Source: an uncultured Methanoregulaceae archaeon | GTDB taxonomy: Archaea > Halobacteriota > Methanomicrobia > Methanomicrobiales > Methanospirillaceae | Direction of reading: 5' to 3' | NCBI GenBank assembly: GCA_963717525.1 | Contig: OY970343.1 | Span: 1,952,001 to 2,016,000, forward strand | Length of the DNA: 64,000 bases | Part shown: in pieces, positions 52,016 through 63,477 of the stretch | How positions within the stretch are numbered: the first letter of the stretch is position 1 | Layout: each line of letters opens with the position of its first letter | The notes under the pieces: model-generated | Databases searched by the model: none | What the model was told of the DNA's origin: nothing | What the model saw: the letters and a program-made list of their open reading frames with translations, nothing else | Position numbers and translations under genes: made by a program

Positions 52016-52720
52016 TTATGCTGGTAATGCTCTCTCTTCAAAGAGGTTTTTCCAGACCATTGCCGCAATGAGCGCCCCGATGATCGGTGCAAGGATGAAC
52101 ACCCAGAGCTGGGCAAGAGCGGTTCCTCCAACCACCAGGGCAGGGCCCAGGCTCCGTGCGGGGTTTACGGATGTCCCGGTGATCGGGATACCGACCATGT
52201 GGATCATGGCCAGTGACAGCCCGATGGCAATCCCGGCAAAGCCTGCAGGAGCTTTCTTGCTGGTTGCACCAAAGACCACCATCAGGAAGATAAAGGTCAG
52301 GACAACTTCCGCGATAAAGCCCGATGCGAGGGGGAATCCCCCGGGGGAGGCGACCCCGTACCCGTTCTGGCCAAGGCCGTTCGTGGCAAGATTATAGCCC
52401 GGCAGGCCGGTCATGATGGAAAGCAGGACAAGTGACGCGATGATGGCGCCGATACACTGTGCAACGATATACATCACAGCGTCCTTTGACCCGATCTTCC
52501 CGTTCGCGAGCATCCCTATGGTGATTGCCGGGTTAATATGACAGCCGGAGATCTGCCCAATCGCGTAGACCATGACGAGGACCGAGATGCCAAAGGCGAG
52601 AGCAATCCCGAGAAACCCGATCTCTTTTCCTGCAACAACAGCACTTCCGGTACCGATAAAAACAAGGACAAATGTTCCGATGAGTTCGGCAAGATATTTT
52701 TTATATTCAGACACGCACAT
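52016..52720 (-). CDS. Aquaporin (MIP family, AqpZ-like)
   Basis: SGCHINPA and TSVNPARS NPA motifs. Confidence 0.93.
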   Translation of the reverse strand: MCVSEYKKYLAELIGTFVLVFIGTGSAVVAGKEIGFLGIALAFGISVLVMVYAIGQISGCHINPAITIGMLANGKIGSKDAVMYIVAQCIGAIIASLVLLSIMTGLPGYNLATNGLGQNGYGVASPGGFPLASGFIAEVVLTFIFLMVVFGATSKKAPAGFAGIAIGLSLAMIHMVGIPITGTSVNPARSLGPALVVGGTALAQLWVFILAPIIGALIAAMVWKNLFEERALPA

Positions 52721-52880
52721 ACCACCCACTTCCGGTTTTTCCTCCGGTGGAAGGGTTTTCAACGGCAGGATTTATACGCATATCGGCACGGGTAACCATG
52801 GCACAAAAGAGAGATGGATAACTGCGAAACGATCCGCAGTCAACGCCAGATTTAACATAAACGCCCACCCAGATTCAGCC

Positions 52881-54221
52881 ATGAAATCCTGTACCGGGAA
52901 AGTACTGGCTGTTGCATCCCTCCTCATTCTTCTTCTGGTGATGATGGCAGGTTGCACCAGTGCGCCTGCCACCGGCACGTGCACTGGTTGTAATGGCACT
53001 AACCTGGGACTGCTGACACCGCCAGCGATCCAGGCCGGCCCCGGACAACCGGGGACCCTGAACATGAGTGTTACCGATGCAAACAACCGGTTTGCCGCAG
53101 ATCTGTACCGCGAGATCGTACAGAGGAGTGCATCCGGCGATGGCAATATCTTCTTCTCGCCATTCTCCATATCCTCTGCCCTCGCTCTCACCTACGAAGG
53201 GGCCCGGGGGAAAACCGCCGACGAGATCCAATCGGTCTTTTACTTCCCTGCAAATGACACCAGTCGCAGGGAAGAGTTTGCCGACATAAATGCCGATATC
53301 AACCAGGGGAATACCGGCTATACCCTAAGCACAGCAAATGCCCTCTGGGCGGAGAAGACGTCTGCCTTCCTTCCCGGGTACACCAGTATCGCGCAACAGT
53401 ACTACAGCGCCACCACGACCAACCTCGATTTTGTTGGCGAGCCCGATACTTCACGCCAGACCATCAACGACTGGGTGGCAGCAAAGACCAACAACAAGAT
53501 CCTGGATCTCCTGCCTGCCGGCAGTATCAGTTCCATGACCCGGCTCGTGATCACCAACGCGGTCTATTTCAAGGGCACCTGGGAAAAACAGTTCGATGCT
53601 AACCAGACAAGCGATGCCCCGTTCACCCGGCCTGACGGCACAACCGTCACCGCAAACATGATGCAGATGACCGGTGAGGATGCCGTCTATCCCTACGCAG
53701 AAACTCCTGATCTCCAGATGCTCTCCCTGCCCTATACAGTCACCAGTGGTCAGGGGCTCTCCATGATTGTCCTTCTCCCCAAAGGAAACAATCTCTCCGC
53801 AGCAGCGCCGTATCTCGACCCGGCCAACCTCTCGACACTGGAACAGTCCGCTTCATCCCGGCGGGTCATGGTGTATCTCCCGAAATTCAAACTGGAAAGC
53901 CAGTATTCCCTGAAAGATGTGCTCAGCTCTATGGGGATGCCGACAGCATTCTCCAGCGCGGCAGATTTCTCCGGCATGGACGGTGCACAGGACCTGTATA
54001 TCAGTGACGTGTACCACAAGGCCTATATCGAGGTCAACGAGGAAGGGACCGAGGCGGCAGCGGCTACCGGTGTCGTAATGAACATGATGGCCGCGGCACC
54101 CGGTTCCGAACAACCGGTACCGGTCTTCCGGGCCGATCACCCGTTCCTCTTCCTGATACAGGACAATAATACCGGCGTAATCCTCTTTGCAGGACAGGTT
54201 ACGGATCCCACGGGGTCCTGA
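52881..54221 (+). CDS. Serpin with a lipoprotein-like signal peptide
   Basis: [45 protein letters not shown]-terminal hydrophobic stretch ending AGC. Confidence 0.95.
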   Translation: MKSCTGKVLAVASLLILLLVMMAGCTSAPATGTCTGCNGTNLGLLTPPAIQAGPGQPGTLNMSVTDANNRFAADLYREIVQRSASGDGNIFFSPFSISSALALTYEGARGKTADEIQSVFYFPANDTSRREEFADINADINQGNTGYTLSTANALWAEKTSAFLPGYTSIAQQYYSATTTNLDFVGEPDTSRQTINDWVAAKTNNKILDLLPAGSISSMTRLVITNAVYFKGTWEKQFDANQTSDAPFTRPDGTTVTANMMQMTGEDAVYPYAETPDLQMLSLPYTVTSGQGLSMIVLLPKGNNLSAAAPYLDPANLSTLEQSASSRRVMVYLPKFKLESQYSLKDVLSSMGMPTAFSSAADFSGMDGAQDLYISDVYHKAYIEVNEEGTEAAAATGVVMNMMAAAPGSEQPVPVFRADHPFLFLIQDNNTGVILFAGQVTDPTGS

Positions 54222-54418
54222 ATAACCCCTCTATTTTTCCCGGCAGGTTGAAACGGCTCCTCTTTTGAAGGTCAGGATCCGTGCCTCTTCGTCTTCGTAC
54301 AGCACCCCCACCAGTTCTTTCTGCAGTAATACCGGAATTGTGGTGCGGGGATGGCCTCTTTTTGCCATACACGAACATACCTCACTCAGGTCGATAAGGA
54401 TAGTTCCTCAAAAAAGGT

Positions 54419-55104
54419 CTACAACGGGCAGACCCGGAGGCACATGCCGCACCGGAGGCCGCCGAGCGTCAAGAACATGTAGTCCCGGCAGGCTTGGGGC
54501 CGGAAGGCCCCATCGGGAGAGATCGCACTGACCGGGCAGGCCTTCACGCACCGCTGGCACCCGCGCACTCAGGCCGGAGGAGGGTCGCCTCTGCCGGGTG
54601 ATCCGCGGAGAGCTGGGCATCGGTCAGGATCGCTGTCATCCGGATCCGGGGACCGGTCTCACGGGTGATGAGCAGCTGGTTGAGGCCGTATGAGCCAAGG
54701 CCGGCAAGCCATGCGGCATACTTCAGGGAAATATCCGCCCTGAGGGTTTCCCGGTCAGCGTACCACATCCCGAATTCGGATCCCTCTGTTGGGACAAGGG
54801 CAGCAAGATACCCCTGCTTTTCGAGGTCCCGGGCGAGTCGGAATGCGATCACCCGCAGGGTCGCCGTTCCTGCCATCAGGGTGTTGGTGTACTCCGGTCT
54901 CCCTTTGGGAAGAGGCTGGACGCATCCCTTCGGGATCACGACACCGATGACGATTACGGATCGAATCCTGGGCATGAAGTCCTGCGGTTTGTTCCCGGTA
55001 TAGTCCGGGCTCAAAAACCCCGCAGCATCGGCAATACCGACAAAATCCGCCCCAAGCCGGCGCACCTGATCTTTGAGGTCTGTGGTATCCTGCGTCATGG
55101 TCAT
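54419..55104 (-). CDS. Epoxyqueuosine reductase (QueG)-like Fe-S protein, frameshift at about 54561
   Basis: GADFVGIA, SLKYAAWLAGLG..G.N, GPRIR; adding one G restores CAGCQRCVKACP..C..CGMCLRVCPL*. Confidence 0.8.
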
Positions 55105-55111
55105 AAGGTGG

Positions 55112-55702
55112 TCAGATCCCCAGGTCCTGTAAAAACACTTCGTGGAGCCGGAGATCCCCGCCGAGTTCGGGATGGAAGGCCAAGGCCATGTACCTGCCCT
55201 TCCGGGCCGCAACGATGCCCTTGTCCAGTGTCGCAAGCACATGCACCCCGGATCCGGCAGAGGTAACAACCGGTGCCCGGATAAAGATCGCATGAAAGGG
55301 GCCGTCACCAAGCCCGACAACCGGGATATCGGCCTCGAACGACTCCTTCTGCCGGCCAAACGCGTTCCGGTCCACAGTCATATCCATGAGCCCAAGGGTA
55401 TGCACTCTTGTGTCAGCAACATGCGTTGCCATCAGTACCATACCGGCGCAGGTTGCAAAGATCCCACCGGGGAAGGTCCGGATCGGTTCGTAGAGGCCGT
55501 TCTTGTCAATCAGCCGGGATATGGTCGTGGACTCCCCCCCCGGGATCGCAAGCGCCGTACAGCCGCTGAGATCCGCAGGATGCCTCACTTCAATAACAGA
55601 GGATTCCGCCCCGGTGCCACGAAGGCGAAGCGCCGCGGCAAAGGCGTCGATATGTTCACTCACGTCGCCCTGCAACGCAAGCACGCCAATCTTAACGGCC
55701 AC
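55112..55702 (-). CDS. pdxT: PLP synthase glutaminase subunit
   Basis: [33 protein letters not shown] start overlapping the pdxS stop. Confidence 0.95.
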   Translation of the reverse strand: MAVKIGVLALQGDVSEHIDAFAAALRLRGTGAESSVIEVRHPADLSGCTALAIPGGESTTISRLIDKNGLYEPIRTFPGGIFATCAGMVLMATHVADTRVHTLGLMDMTVDRNAFGRQKESFEADIPVVGLGDGPFHAIFIRAPVVTSAGSGVHVLATLDKGIVAARKGRYMALAFHPELGGDLRLHEVFLQDLGI

Positions 55703-56588
55703 GGGTCTGCAGCACCTCATCGGGCCTGAGGGTGTGAACATCAAGACCCGGCATCGCGTCCCCAAGACCCCTGCTGACCCGTGCGATCACCGCGGCGTCT
55801 TTATAATGGTTAACTGCTTCCACGATCGCCTTTGCCATCATCTCGGGATTCGTAGACTTGAAGATCCCTGACCCGACAAAGACGCCGTCAGCCCCAAGCT
55901 GCATCATCAGGGCAGCATCTGAAGGGGTTGCAATACCTCCGGCCGAGAAGTTCACGACCGGAAGGCGGCCGCGCTGTGCGCACTCGATGACCAGTTCGGC
56001 CGGTGCCTCGATGGACCGGGCATAGCTGATCCGCTCCTGGTCGTCCATCCCCTGCACCTTGCGAATGTCTCCCATGATCGCCCGCATGTGGCGGACTGCC
56101 TCGACCACGTTTCCCGTCCCTGCTTCGCCCTTGGTCCGGATCATCGCCGCACCTTCGTTCACCCGGCGCAGCGCCTCGCCAAGGTTTCGCGCCCCGCAGA
56201 CAAACGGGACCTTGAACTGCTTCTTGTCGATATGGTATTCCTCGTCGGCAGGGGTCAGCACCTCGCTCTCGTCGATCATATCCACGCCGAGTACTTCAAG
56301 CACCTGCGCCTCGACAAAATGGCCGATCCTGACCTTGCCCATGACCGGGATCGAGACCGATTCAATGATCTCTGTGACTTTCTCGGGATCTGCCATCCGG
56401 GCGACACCGCCCTGTTTCCGGATATCGGACGGCACCCGTTCCAGCGACATGACTGCGACGGCCCCGGCTGCCTCGGCAATTTTTGCCTGCTCGGCATTGA
56501 CGACATCCATGATCACGCCCCCCTTCTGCATGGATGCAAAGCCGCGCTTGAGAAGCTCAGTGCCAAATCTCAGTTCTTCGAGTTTCAT
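55692..56588 (-). CDS. pdxS: PLP synthase lyase subunit
   Basis: [35 protein letters not shown]. Confidence 0.97.
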   Translation of the reverse strand: MKLEELRFGTELLKRGFASMQKGGVIMDVVNAEQAKIAEAAGAVAVMSLERVPSDIRKQGGVARMADPEKVTEIIESVSIPVMGKVRIGHFVEAQVLEVLGVDMIDESEVLTPADEEYHIDKKQFKVPFVCGARNLGEALRRVNEGAAMIRTKGEAGTGNVVEAVRHMRAIMGDIRKVQGMDDQERISYARSIEAPAELVIECAQRGRLPVVNFSAGGIATPSDAALMMQLGADGVFVGSGIFKSTNPEMMAKAIVEAVNHYKDAAVIARVSRGLGDAMPGLDVHTLRPDEVLQTRGR

Positions 56589-57541
56589 ATACCAGTACTA
56601 TGGATCAGCCATGCCAATAAAATAAGTATGCTGGCAGCAGTTGCCGCAAAGGCAATGGTCACCGCCCTCACTGCACGAATGATCGCCGGTCCACCAACCT
56701 CAAGCGATTGTCCACCATTCCCTATCGAATAAACCCCCGGCTTCTCAAAACGGATGCCACACCCCCCGGCCATCGCTGCCATGACGATCCCCCCGTTAAA
56801 GCCTGGGCGGTTCTTCCCGTCCCTGCGCATCACCCGCCATGCACGGAAGCCGTTGCCTTTCGTGAAGAAATAAGCAAGAAGGAAAAAGGCGGTAATCCGG
56901 GCCGGAATGTAGTTGAGGATATCATCCATTCGTGCAGAGCACCAGCCGAGCCGAGCCCGTTCGTCCCGGTACCCGAGCATCGCATCCATCGTATTCGCCG
57001 CACGGAATGTCGCAGCGGCTGCAAGCCCGAGGCCAAACACTGAGAACAGAGTGAAATAAAAGAGAGGCGAAACGATGCTGTCGGTGAGGTTCTCGGTCAC
57101 GGACTCGTACGCGGCCGACCGGATATGCTCGGGATCGAGACGTGCGGTTTCCCGGGAGACCATCAGCCTGACCTGATCCCGGCCCGCGTCCACGCCACTC
57201 TTTAAAGCTGCCACGACACCCATTGCATGCTCCTCGAGCGAGCGCCACGCAAAACAGCATTTGAGGAGGACAGGTGCGCCGATGAGGTAGATGAGCCAGG
57301 GGGCAAAGTGGCCGAACAGGAAGAACGGGAGGGAAAAAAGAATGACCGTCACAAGCCAGAAAAGAGTGCCGGCCGCACGCTGGAGTGATGGGGGGTATTG
57401 TGCCGGCCGGCCCCACCAGCCTATGAACCGGCCCATGAGGGCAACCGGATGGTACGGGGAATGAGGATCACCGATCAACCGGTCGACTGCGAGCGCGAGA
57501 ACGATGACGGCGCTCGCAAGGATTAGGTCTGTCGGTACCAT
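56585..57541 (-). CDS. cbiB: Adenosylcobinamide-phosphate synthase
   Basis: [34 protein letters not shown]. Confidence 0.92.
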   Translation of the reverse strand: MVPTDLILASAVIVLALAVDRLIGDPHSPYHPVALMGRFIGWWGRPAQYPPSLQRAAGTLFWLVTVILFSLPFFLFGHFAPWLIYLIGAPVLLKCCFAWRSLEEHAMGVVAALKSGVDAGRDQVRLMVSRETARLDPEHIRSAAYESVTENLTDSIVSPLFYFTLFSVFGLGLAAAATFRAANTMDAMLGYRDERARLGWCSARMDDILNYIPARITAFFLLAYFFTKGNGFRAWRVMRRDGKNRPGFNGGIVMAAMAGGCGIRFEKPGVYSIGNGGQSLEVGGPAIIRAVRAVTIAFAATAASILILLAWLIHSTGI

Positions 57542-58038
57542 ATGAAGAGTGCACCGGCAATCAGTGCGATAAACGCCGCGAGGTTAAAGATCTCGATCCG
57601 GGTATAATACCAGGTGCAGTAGAGGACAAGGCCAAGAGCCATCGCCACCATCAGGAGGTGTGGCCGGCCATGGGCTTCAGGCTGGATGGGGAGCTCTTTT
57701 GCCAGCACCTGTTCTTCCCGGGAGGGTTTTACGATGACCTCGACCCGCAGGGTAGCCTTCATCGCGCCGTACCCGGCGATAATGTCAACATCGAAGAACC
57801 CCGGTGAGCATTCCTTCCTGAGCGGAATACCGAACATGATCTCGTCGATCACGTACATGTTCTCGTGGAAAAAATCGGTGAACATGCCGGCGTTGGATGT
57901 CGTGGCTGTGATATGGATGGGCGCGCCCCGGTTTTTGAACCGGATCTTCAGGGTGCTGCCGCATTCGACCTGCGCATTTTCGCGGGGAAGATCGATAGTG
58001 TTGATGCCCGACCGGTTAAGATGGATCTCGGTCGTCAT
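57523..58038 (-). CDS. Hypothetical membrane-anchored protein
   Basis: Beta-rich soluble part plus two C-terminal TM helices; overlaps the cbiB start. Confidence 0.7.
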   Translation of the reverse strand: MTTEIHLNRSGINTIDLPRENAQVECGSTLKIRFKNRGAPIHITATTSNAGMFTDFFHENMYVIDEIMFGIPLRKECSPGFFDVDIIAGYGAMKATLRVEVIVKPSREEQVLAKELPIQPEAHGRPHLLMVAMALGLVLYCTWYYTRIEIFNLAAFIALIAGALFIWYRQT

Positions 58039-58109
58039 CAATTCTGCCGCAGGAGTATCCGAAATCGCGAGAATTCCGACTAGCAAAAGGGGAGGCATCG
58101 TCGTACCGG

Positions 58110-58289
58110 TTATCGTGTGGCCGGGGGAAGGAGGTTGGGGATCCCCTCGTTGATGGGATAGTCCACACCGCAGGCGGCACAGTGCAGGTTACCCTCAAGG
58201 ATCTCCTTTGCGTCCTCTGTATCGACACGGAGCACGAGATCTCCTTTACAGACCGGGCAGCAGAGAATGTCCATGAGCGAACGTTTCAT
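58110..58289 (-). CDS. trm112: Methyltransferase activator Trm112 (59 aa, missed by the ORF track)
   Basis: Translated by hand: [53 protein letters not shown] overlap with purA. Confidence 0.9.
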   Translation of the reverse strand: MKRSLMDILCCPVCKGDLVLRVDTEDAKEILEGNLHCAACGVDYPINEGIPNLLPPATR

Positions 58290-59299
58290 GCGTATTCTTT
58301 CCTGATATCGATGATCTGGGTGAGCTCAGGGCCGGTGGAGATAAGGGTGACGGGGCAGCCGATGTCATCCTCGGCAGATTTTAAGAAGTCCCTTGCCTTC
58401 TTGGTGAGCTTGCTGTACTCGGTCAGCCCGAAACAGGCCTTGTCGACCCGGTCGATACCGGTGATCGCTGCCTGCGTGCAGCCGTTGATCATCGCCGAGT
58501 ACCGGGCCATATCGCCGTCCCAGCCTCCGACACGGCGCTTCCGGTGGGTGACGGTGCCGAACTCCTGGATTCCCATTGCATCCGATTTCTCTGATGCCAT
58601 CTCGGTGGAGAACGGGCCCTCGCCCACCCGGGTCGGGTAAGCCTTGAACACGACGATGACATCATCGATCTTTGTCGGCCCGACGCCGTTGTCCGCGGCG
58701 ATCTGGGAGGCGGAAGTGTCCTTACTCGTGACAAACGGGTACGTGCCGTAATAGAGGGAGATTCCGAACCCCTGCGTACCTTCCAGAAGAACGGTCCGGC
58801 CACCTTTCAGGGCATCGTTGATGGCGAGGGGAACATCCAGCAGGTACTCGGCAAGTTCCGGCACATCCTTTGCCTGTGGGGCGACTCGCATGACACGGTC
58901 GGCGTTGGCCGGCCCGCAGCCTGAGCCGGTGCTCCCGATCTTCTTTGAGAGGTGGGCACTTCCCTTGTCCCGGGCAATGTGGTCCTCGGTGATGATTCCG
59001 CAGCGCCTGTCCACAAAGACCCGGCCCCTGACACCCAGCGTCTCGACCTCGTGTTTGAGGACCCGCGGGTCAACGAGGACCCCGCTTCCAATACAGAGTT
59101 TGGCTTTTTTATAAACAAAACCGGACGGCACCATTCGGACACTGTATTCATGGTCGCCGACCTGCACCGTGTGCCCGGCATTGGGGCCGACACCGCCACG
59201 GGAGATGATTACTGGTTCATCCGCAAATGCGATATGGGCAACAATCTTGCCCTTCCCCTCATCCCCAAAAAAGCCACCTACGATAATTGTACAGCTCAT
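58286..59299 (-). CDS. purA: Adenylosuccinate synthetase (short archaeal form)
   Basis: [27 protein letters not shown]; start ATG 59299. Confidence 0.96.
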   Translation of the reverse strand: MSCTIIVGGFFGDEGKGKIVAHIAFADEPVIISRGGVGPNAGHTVQVGDHEYSVRMVPSGFVYKKAKLCIGSGVLVDPRVLKHEVETLGVRGRVFVDRRCGIITEDHIARDKGSAHLSKKIGSTGSGCGPANADRVMRVAPQAKDVPELAEYLLDVPLAINDALKGGRTVLLEGTQGFGISLYYGTYPFVTSKDTSASQIAADNGVGPTKIDDVIVVFKAYPTRVGEGPFSTEMASEKSDAMGIQEFGTVTHRKRRVGGWDGDMARYSAMINGCTQAAITGIDRVDKACFGLTEYSKLTKKARDFLKSAEDDIGCPVTLISTGPELTQIIDIRKEYA

Positions 59300-59444
59300 T
59301 GAAATATCATGTAGTGTAGGCCGGGTTGGGCAATAAAGTCTGCCCTGAAGTATAAAAACAGCGGGGGCCGGGATTATGGCCGCCGGGCGAAGAGGTCGGG
59401 CCGGCGCCCAAGCGGGGAGAGCCGGGCATCCCGGCCCGGGCAGG

Positions 59445-60603
59445 TTACAAGCCGTTGATGAACGATTCCATCCTGCCCAGGGCCTCGGTGAGCTCCTTTC
59501 GGGAGACCGCATACGCGCAGCGGAGATGATACTCGCCGCCAGCGCCAAACACGCTACCCGGAACCACGGCGACCCGCTGCTCACGGAGCAGCCTTTCTGC
59601 GAATTCTGCATCGGAGAGCCCGGTTCCCTTTACCGAGGGGAATGCGTAAAATGCTCCCTCGGGCACATGGCAGGAGAGTCCGATCTGGTTAAGGCCGGCA
59701 ACAAACATGTTGCGCCTGAGCCGGTACTCATTCACCATGCTGGTCTTCTCGTCTTCTGCCGAACGGAGTGCCTCGAGCGCCCCGATCTGGCCCATCACCG
59801 GTGCACAGAGCATGACATACTGGTGGATCTTGAGCGCCGCCTCGCAGATCTCCTTTGGCGCACAGAGAAAGCCCACCCGCCAGCCGGTCATCGCATAGGC
59901 CTTGGAAAAACCGTTGAGCGTGATCGTCCGCTCCCAGAGATCCTTGACCGTCGCCGCAGCAACATGGGGAGATTCGTAGGTGAGCTCCGAATAGACCTCG
60001 TCACTCATGAGCATCAGGTCCCGGTCGGTCACGATATCGGCGACCGGTTCAAGGTCCTCCTTTTTCATCACGGCACCGGTCGGATTGTTGGGGAAGTTGA
60101 TGATGAGGGCCTTTGTCTTTGGCGTGATCTTTGCCTGGAGCGTGTCCGGGTTGAGCCTGAAATTATCCTGTTCGGTGCATTCGACCGGTACAGGTATTCC
60201 CCCGGCAAGGGCGACGCAGGGCGCATAGGAGACGTAGCTGGGCTCGGCGATCAGGTACTTCGTCACCGGGATTGACGATGGCGCGGATCGCGATGTCGAG
60301 CCCTTCCGACACCCCGGAGGTGATGATCATCTCATTGTCCGCAGAGTACTGGAGCTGGTAACGGTTCGCAAGGTGTATTGCAAGTGCGTCCCGGAGGGAC
60401 TGGAGCCCCCGGTTTGATGTGTACGAGGTCGCACCCTGCTCGACCGAATAGATGCCGGCCTCGCAGATGTTCCATGGGGTCCTGAAATCGGGTTCCCCCA
60501 CACCGAGGGAGATAACATCATGCATCGTGAGGGCAAGATCAAAAAATTTCCGGATCCCTGACGGTGGTATCTGCAGGGCACGTTCCGAGACAAAATTTCG
60601 CAT
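59445..60603 (-). CDS. Aminotransferase class I/II, frameshift at about 60255
   Basis: [35 protein letters not shown]; removing one C gives NPGDEVLIAEPSY. Confidence 0.9.
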
Positions 60604-60611
60604 CGGCCACC

Positions 60612-61106
60612 TCAGAACGAATAGGGAAGGCGTTCGGTTTCCTGCTGCTCAAAGAGGGTGTTGCCATTCTCCTTGTAGGACTTCATGACGATGTGCGTCG
60701 CCGTCTCGCGGATACGGTCCATCGGGGCAACGTGCTCGGAGACAAACCGGGAAACCTCCTGCATGTTCTTTCCGGTCACCATCACCTGGAGATCATAGGT
60801 ACCGGTGATCAGGCGCAGGGTGCGCACCTGCCTGAAACGGGAGAGCCTTTCTGCGATCCGGTCGTACCCGAAATCCCGTTCGGGACTCACTTTGAGCTCG
60901 ATGATGGCTGAAACTTCGCCGTTTCCTGCTTTTTCCCAGTTGATGACCGTGGTGTACTTGCGGATGACCCGGCTCTCTTCAAGGGAGCGGATCCGTGCTT
61001 CCACCTCTGCCGGGATAAGGTTGATCATCGATCCGATTTCCTGTGCAGACAGCCGGCTGTTCTCCTCAAGAATCCGGAGGAGTTCGAGATCCTTGTCATC
61101 CATCAC
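60612..61106 (-). CDS. Lrp/AsnC family transcriptional regulator
   Basis: N-terminal HTH (LEENSRLS), ITGTYDL; paired with the aminotransferase. Confidence 0.92.
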   Translation of the reverse strand: MMDDKDLELLRILEENSRLSAQEIGSMINLIPAEVEARIRSLEESRVIRKYTTVINWEKAGNGEVSAIIELKVSPERDFGYDRIAERLSRFRQVRTLRLITGTYDLQVMVTGKNMQEVSRFVSEHVAPMDRIRETATHIVMKSYKENGNTLFEQQETERLPYSF

Positions 61107-61109
61107 ACT

Positions 61110-62402
61110 TCACCTGAACCACGTTTTTAACCATTTGGCTTCCATCTGATTTATATCGAGATCTTTTATACCGTTCAACCGGGGGTCCTTGAGGACGACC
61201 TCGCGGATCTTGCCGGTATTTGCGTCAAACCACATCTCCTTCGTGCGCCCGTACCGGCCCCTGCTCACGACCCGGGTATTGATCACCCCCAGCATGTTGA
61301 GTTCCGATATAAGATCCGTTATCCGGCGATGGGTGAGTATGTCAAGCTGTATACTCGGTGCGATGTCCTGGTAGACGCGGGAGACATCGCCGCTGGAAAA
61401 GATATTCTGGCCCAGCTGTTCGAGCGTCAGCATGGAGAAGAGGATAAGCTTGCTCTGGGTGGGGAGGGTTGCGATACACTCGATCATGCTGTCGGTCTCA
61501 ATTTTTGCCTGCGCCTGTTTCACGTGGACCTCGGTTACCTGCTTAGACTCGTCCCGGTCGGCGAGCTCGCCGGAGATCCGGAGCAGGTCCAGGGCGCGTC
61601 GTGCATCGCCGTGCTCCTGCGCGGCAAGGGCAGAGCACAACGGGATAACCCCTTCTCCAATCGCCCCGTCCAGGAACGCCCCTGTGGCCCGCTGGGTAAG
61701 GATATCAACCAGCTGCGGTGCGTTGTAGGGAGGGAAGACAATCTCTTCTTCCGAGAGCGACGAGAGGACGCGGGGATCGAGGAAGTCTTTGAAACTGAGA
61801 TCGTTGGAGATCCCGATGATGCTGACCTTGGAGTTTTTGAGATCGGAGTTGATCCGGGTCAGGTTATAGAGTGTATCGTCACCGCTCTTTTTGACCAGCT
61901 TGTCGATCTCATCGAGCACAATCACGAGCACGCCCCCGCCGGCATCAAGCTGGTTCTTCAGCTCTGCATACACCTGGTCCGTCGGCCACCCGGTCATCGG
62001 TATGTGGATACGGGTCTTGTCGCTTGAGGTATCATCAGCCCCGTCAATGCACTTGGCAATCTGCGCAAGGACCCGGTACTGCGTGTCTATCACTTCGCAG
62101 TTGAGATGGACAATCCGGCAGGTGGTTCCCATGGTGCTGCTTGCCTTTTCCAGCTCCGAACCCACATACCGGACACTTGCAGTCTTGCCTGTTCCCGTTT
62201 TCCCGTAAATAAGAATGTTGGAGGGGGTTTCGTTCCTGAGGGAGGGGGCAAGGATGGATGCGATGGTATCGATCTGCGGCTGGCGGTGGGGAAGGATCTG
62301 CGGACGGTAGGAGTGCCGGAGCACTTCCCGGTCACGAAATATCCGGTTGTTGGAAAGGTATTTTATAAATAAACCGGTTGAGGGATCTACTGTTTCTGGC
62401 AT
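61110..62402 (-). CDS. cdc6: Orc1/Cdc6 replication initiator
   Basis: YGKTGTGKT, VLDEID, HGDARRALDLLR, wHTH SRGRYGRT. Confidence 0.97.
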   Translation of the reverse strand: MPETVDPSTGLFIKYLSNNRIFRDREVLRHSYRPQILPHRQPQIDTIASILAPSLRNETPSNILIYGKTGTGKTASVRYVGSELEKASSTMGTTCRIVHLNCEVIDTQYRVLAQIAKCIDGADDTSSDKTRIHIPMTGWPTDQVYAELKNQLDAGGGVLVIVLDEIDKLVKKSGDDTLYNLTRINSDLKNSKVSIIGISNDLSFKDFLDPRVLSSLSEEEIVFPPYNAPQLVDILTQRATGAFLDGAIGEGVIPLCSALAAQEHGDARRALDLLRISGELADRDESKQVTEVHVKQAQAKIETDSMIECIATLPTQSKLILFSMLTLEQLGQNIFSSGDVSRVYQDIAPSIQLDILTHRRITDLISELNMLGVINTRVVSRGRYGRTKEMWFDANTGKIREVVLKDPRLNGIKDLDINQMEAKWLKTWFR

Positions 62403-62469
62403 GATGACTCGTGGAGTGAGTCTTAGCGGGGAGAGATTAAAAAAGTACGTGGTTTATTCCTCTTTATAA

Positions 62470-62842
62470 ACCCCCTTGCTTCCTGTGGAAATTCTGTTTT
62501 AAATGGCAGAAAGGCAGATTAACGACATTTTTAAGGATTTCATGCTTTTTATTTTTCTTTTTTATTTGCCATGACCCAAGAGAGGTTTCAGAATGAAAAG
62601 CCATTTTTTCTCAGATGAACGGCCTCCGGGGGACCCCTTTGTTTCGTGTGGAAACCAAAAAGAACTACCTGTTGGTAATGAAAATATTCAAAAGAAAATA
62701 GTCAATCCTTGTATGTTTCTGGATCTATTTAAGGCATCCGAAATAAATCCGGATGGATGGTTAAGAAAGAAGGAGCCTCGGAGATTGTAGAGCCGCATCT
62801 TATCGGTATAAAACAGAAGATCTCCACTGGAAACAATGGGGT
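62470..62842. other. Replication origin (oriC) with three ORB elements
   Basis: Minus-strand TTCCACAGGAAGCAAGGGGGT (62470-62490) and TTCCACACGAAACAAAGGGGT (62633-62653); plus-strand TCCACTGGAAACAATGGGGT (62823-62842); AT-rich spacers; directly upstream of cdc6. Confidence 0.85.
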
Positions 62843-62932
62843 AGCCCCCTTTTATAAAAAAGAAAGGAAAAAAGAGAGAAATTACCGGTCCCACACTCCA
62901 ATTAATGTGCAAAAAGCAGTATATTTATTATC

Positions 62933-63421
62933 ATGAAGAAGGAACACATTCGGCCCATATCCGTGGCAGCAGGAATAATAACGGTTTCGACAACCCGGAC
63001 CAAGAAGACCGATGCCAGCGGAAAGGCCATCCAGGCTATCCTGGCCAAGGCAGATATCCCGGTCCGGCATTATGCGGTGGTTCCGGATCAGGTAGAAGCC
63101 ATCCGTTACGAACTGTACCAATCCCTCAGGACCTGTAACTGCATCATCATCGATGGCGGCACGGGGCTGACCCATGATGACTGTACGATTGAAGCAATTA
63201 CCCCCCTCATCGAGAAAAAGATCGATGGCTTTGGGGAATTGTTCCGGATGAAGAGCTACGAGGAGATCGGGACGTCTTCGATGCTCTCCCGGGCTGTCGC
63301 CGGTACGGTCCGGGGAAACGCGGTATTCTGCATCCCCGGATCCACCGCTGCCGTGACCCTTGCAACAGAATCCCTCATCGTCTCGGAGATCGTCCACATC
63401 CTCTCCCATGCAAATAAATAA
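62933..63421 (+). CDS. moaB: MogA/MoaB molybdenum cofactor biosynthesis protein
   Basis: ITVST..DASG, GGTGLT.DD.T, GFGELFR, SRA, IPGS. Confidence 0.9.
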   Translation: MKKEHIRPISVAAGIITVSTTRTKKTDASGKAIQAILAKADIPVRHYAVVPDQVEAIRYELYQSLRTCNCIIIDGGTGLTHDDCTIEAITPLIEKKIDGFGELFRMKSYEEIGTSSMLSRAVAGTVRGNAVFCIPGSTAAVTLATESLIVSEIVHILSHANK

Positions 63422-63477
63422 TCTCCTTTTTTCCCGCAAAACACTGGGATTGTTAAAAACCAGAGTGAAGGGCGTTT

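Noticed and set aside
59355..59444. GC-rich hairpins upstream of purA as a riboswitch or tRNA
   Set aside because: No cloverleaf or T-loop; the segment lies upstream of the likely purA TATA box (TTTTTATA at about 59351-59358, minus strand), so it is probably not in the purA leader
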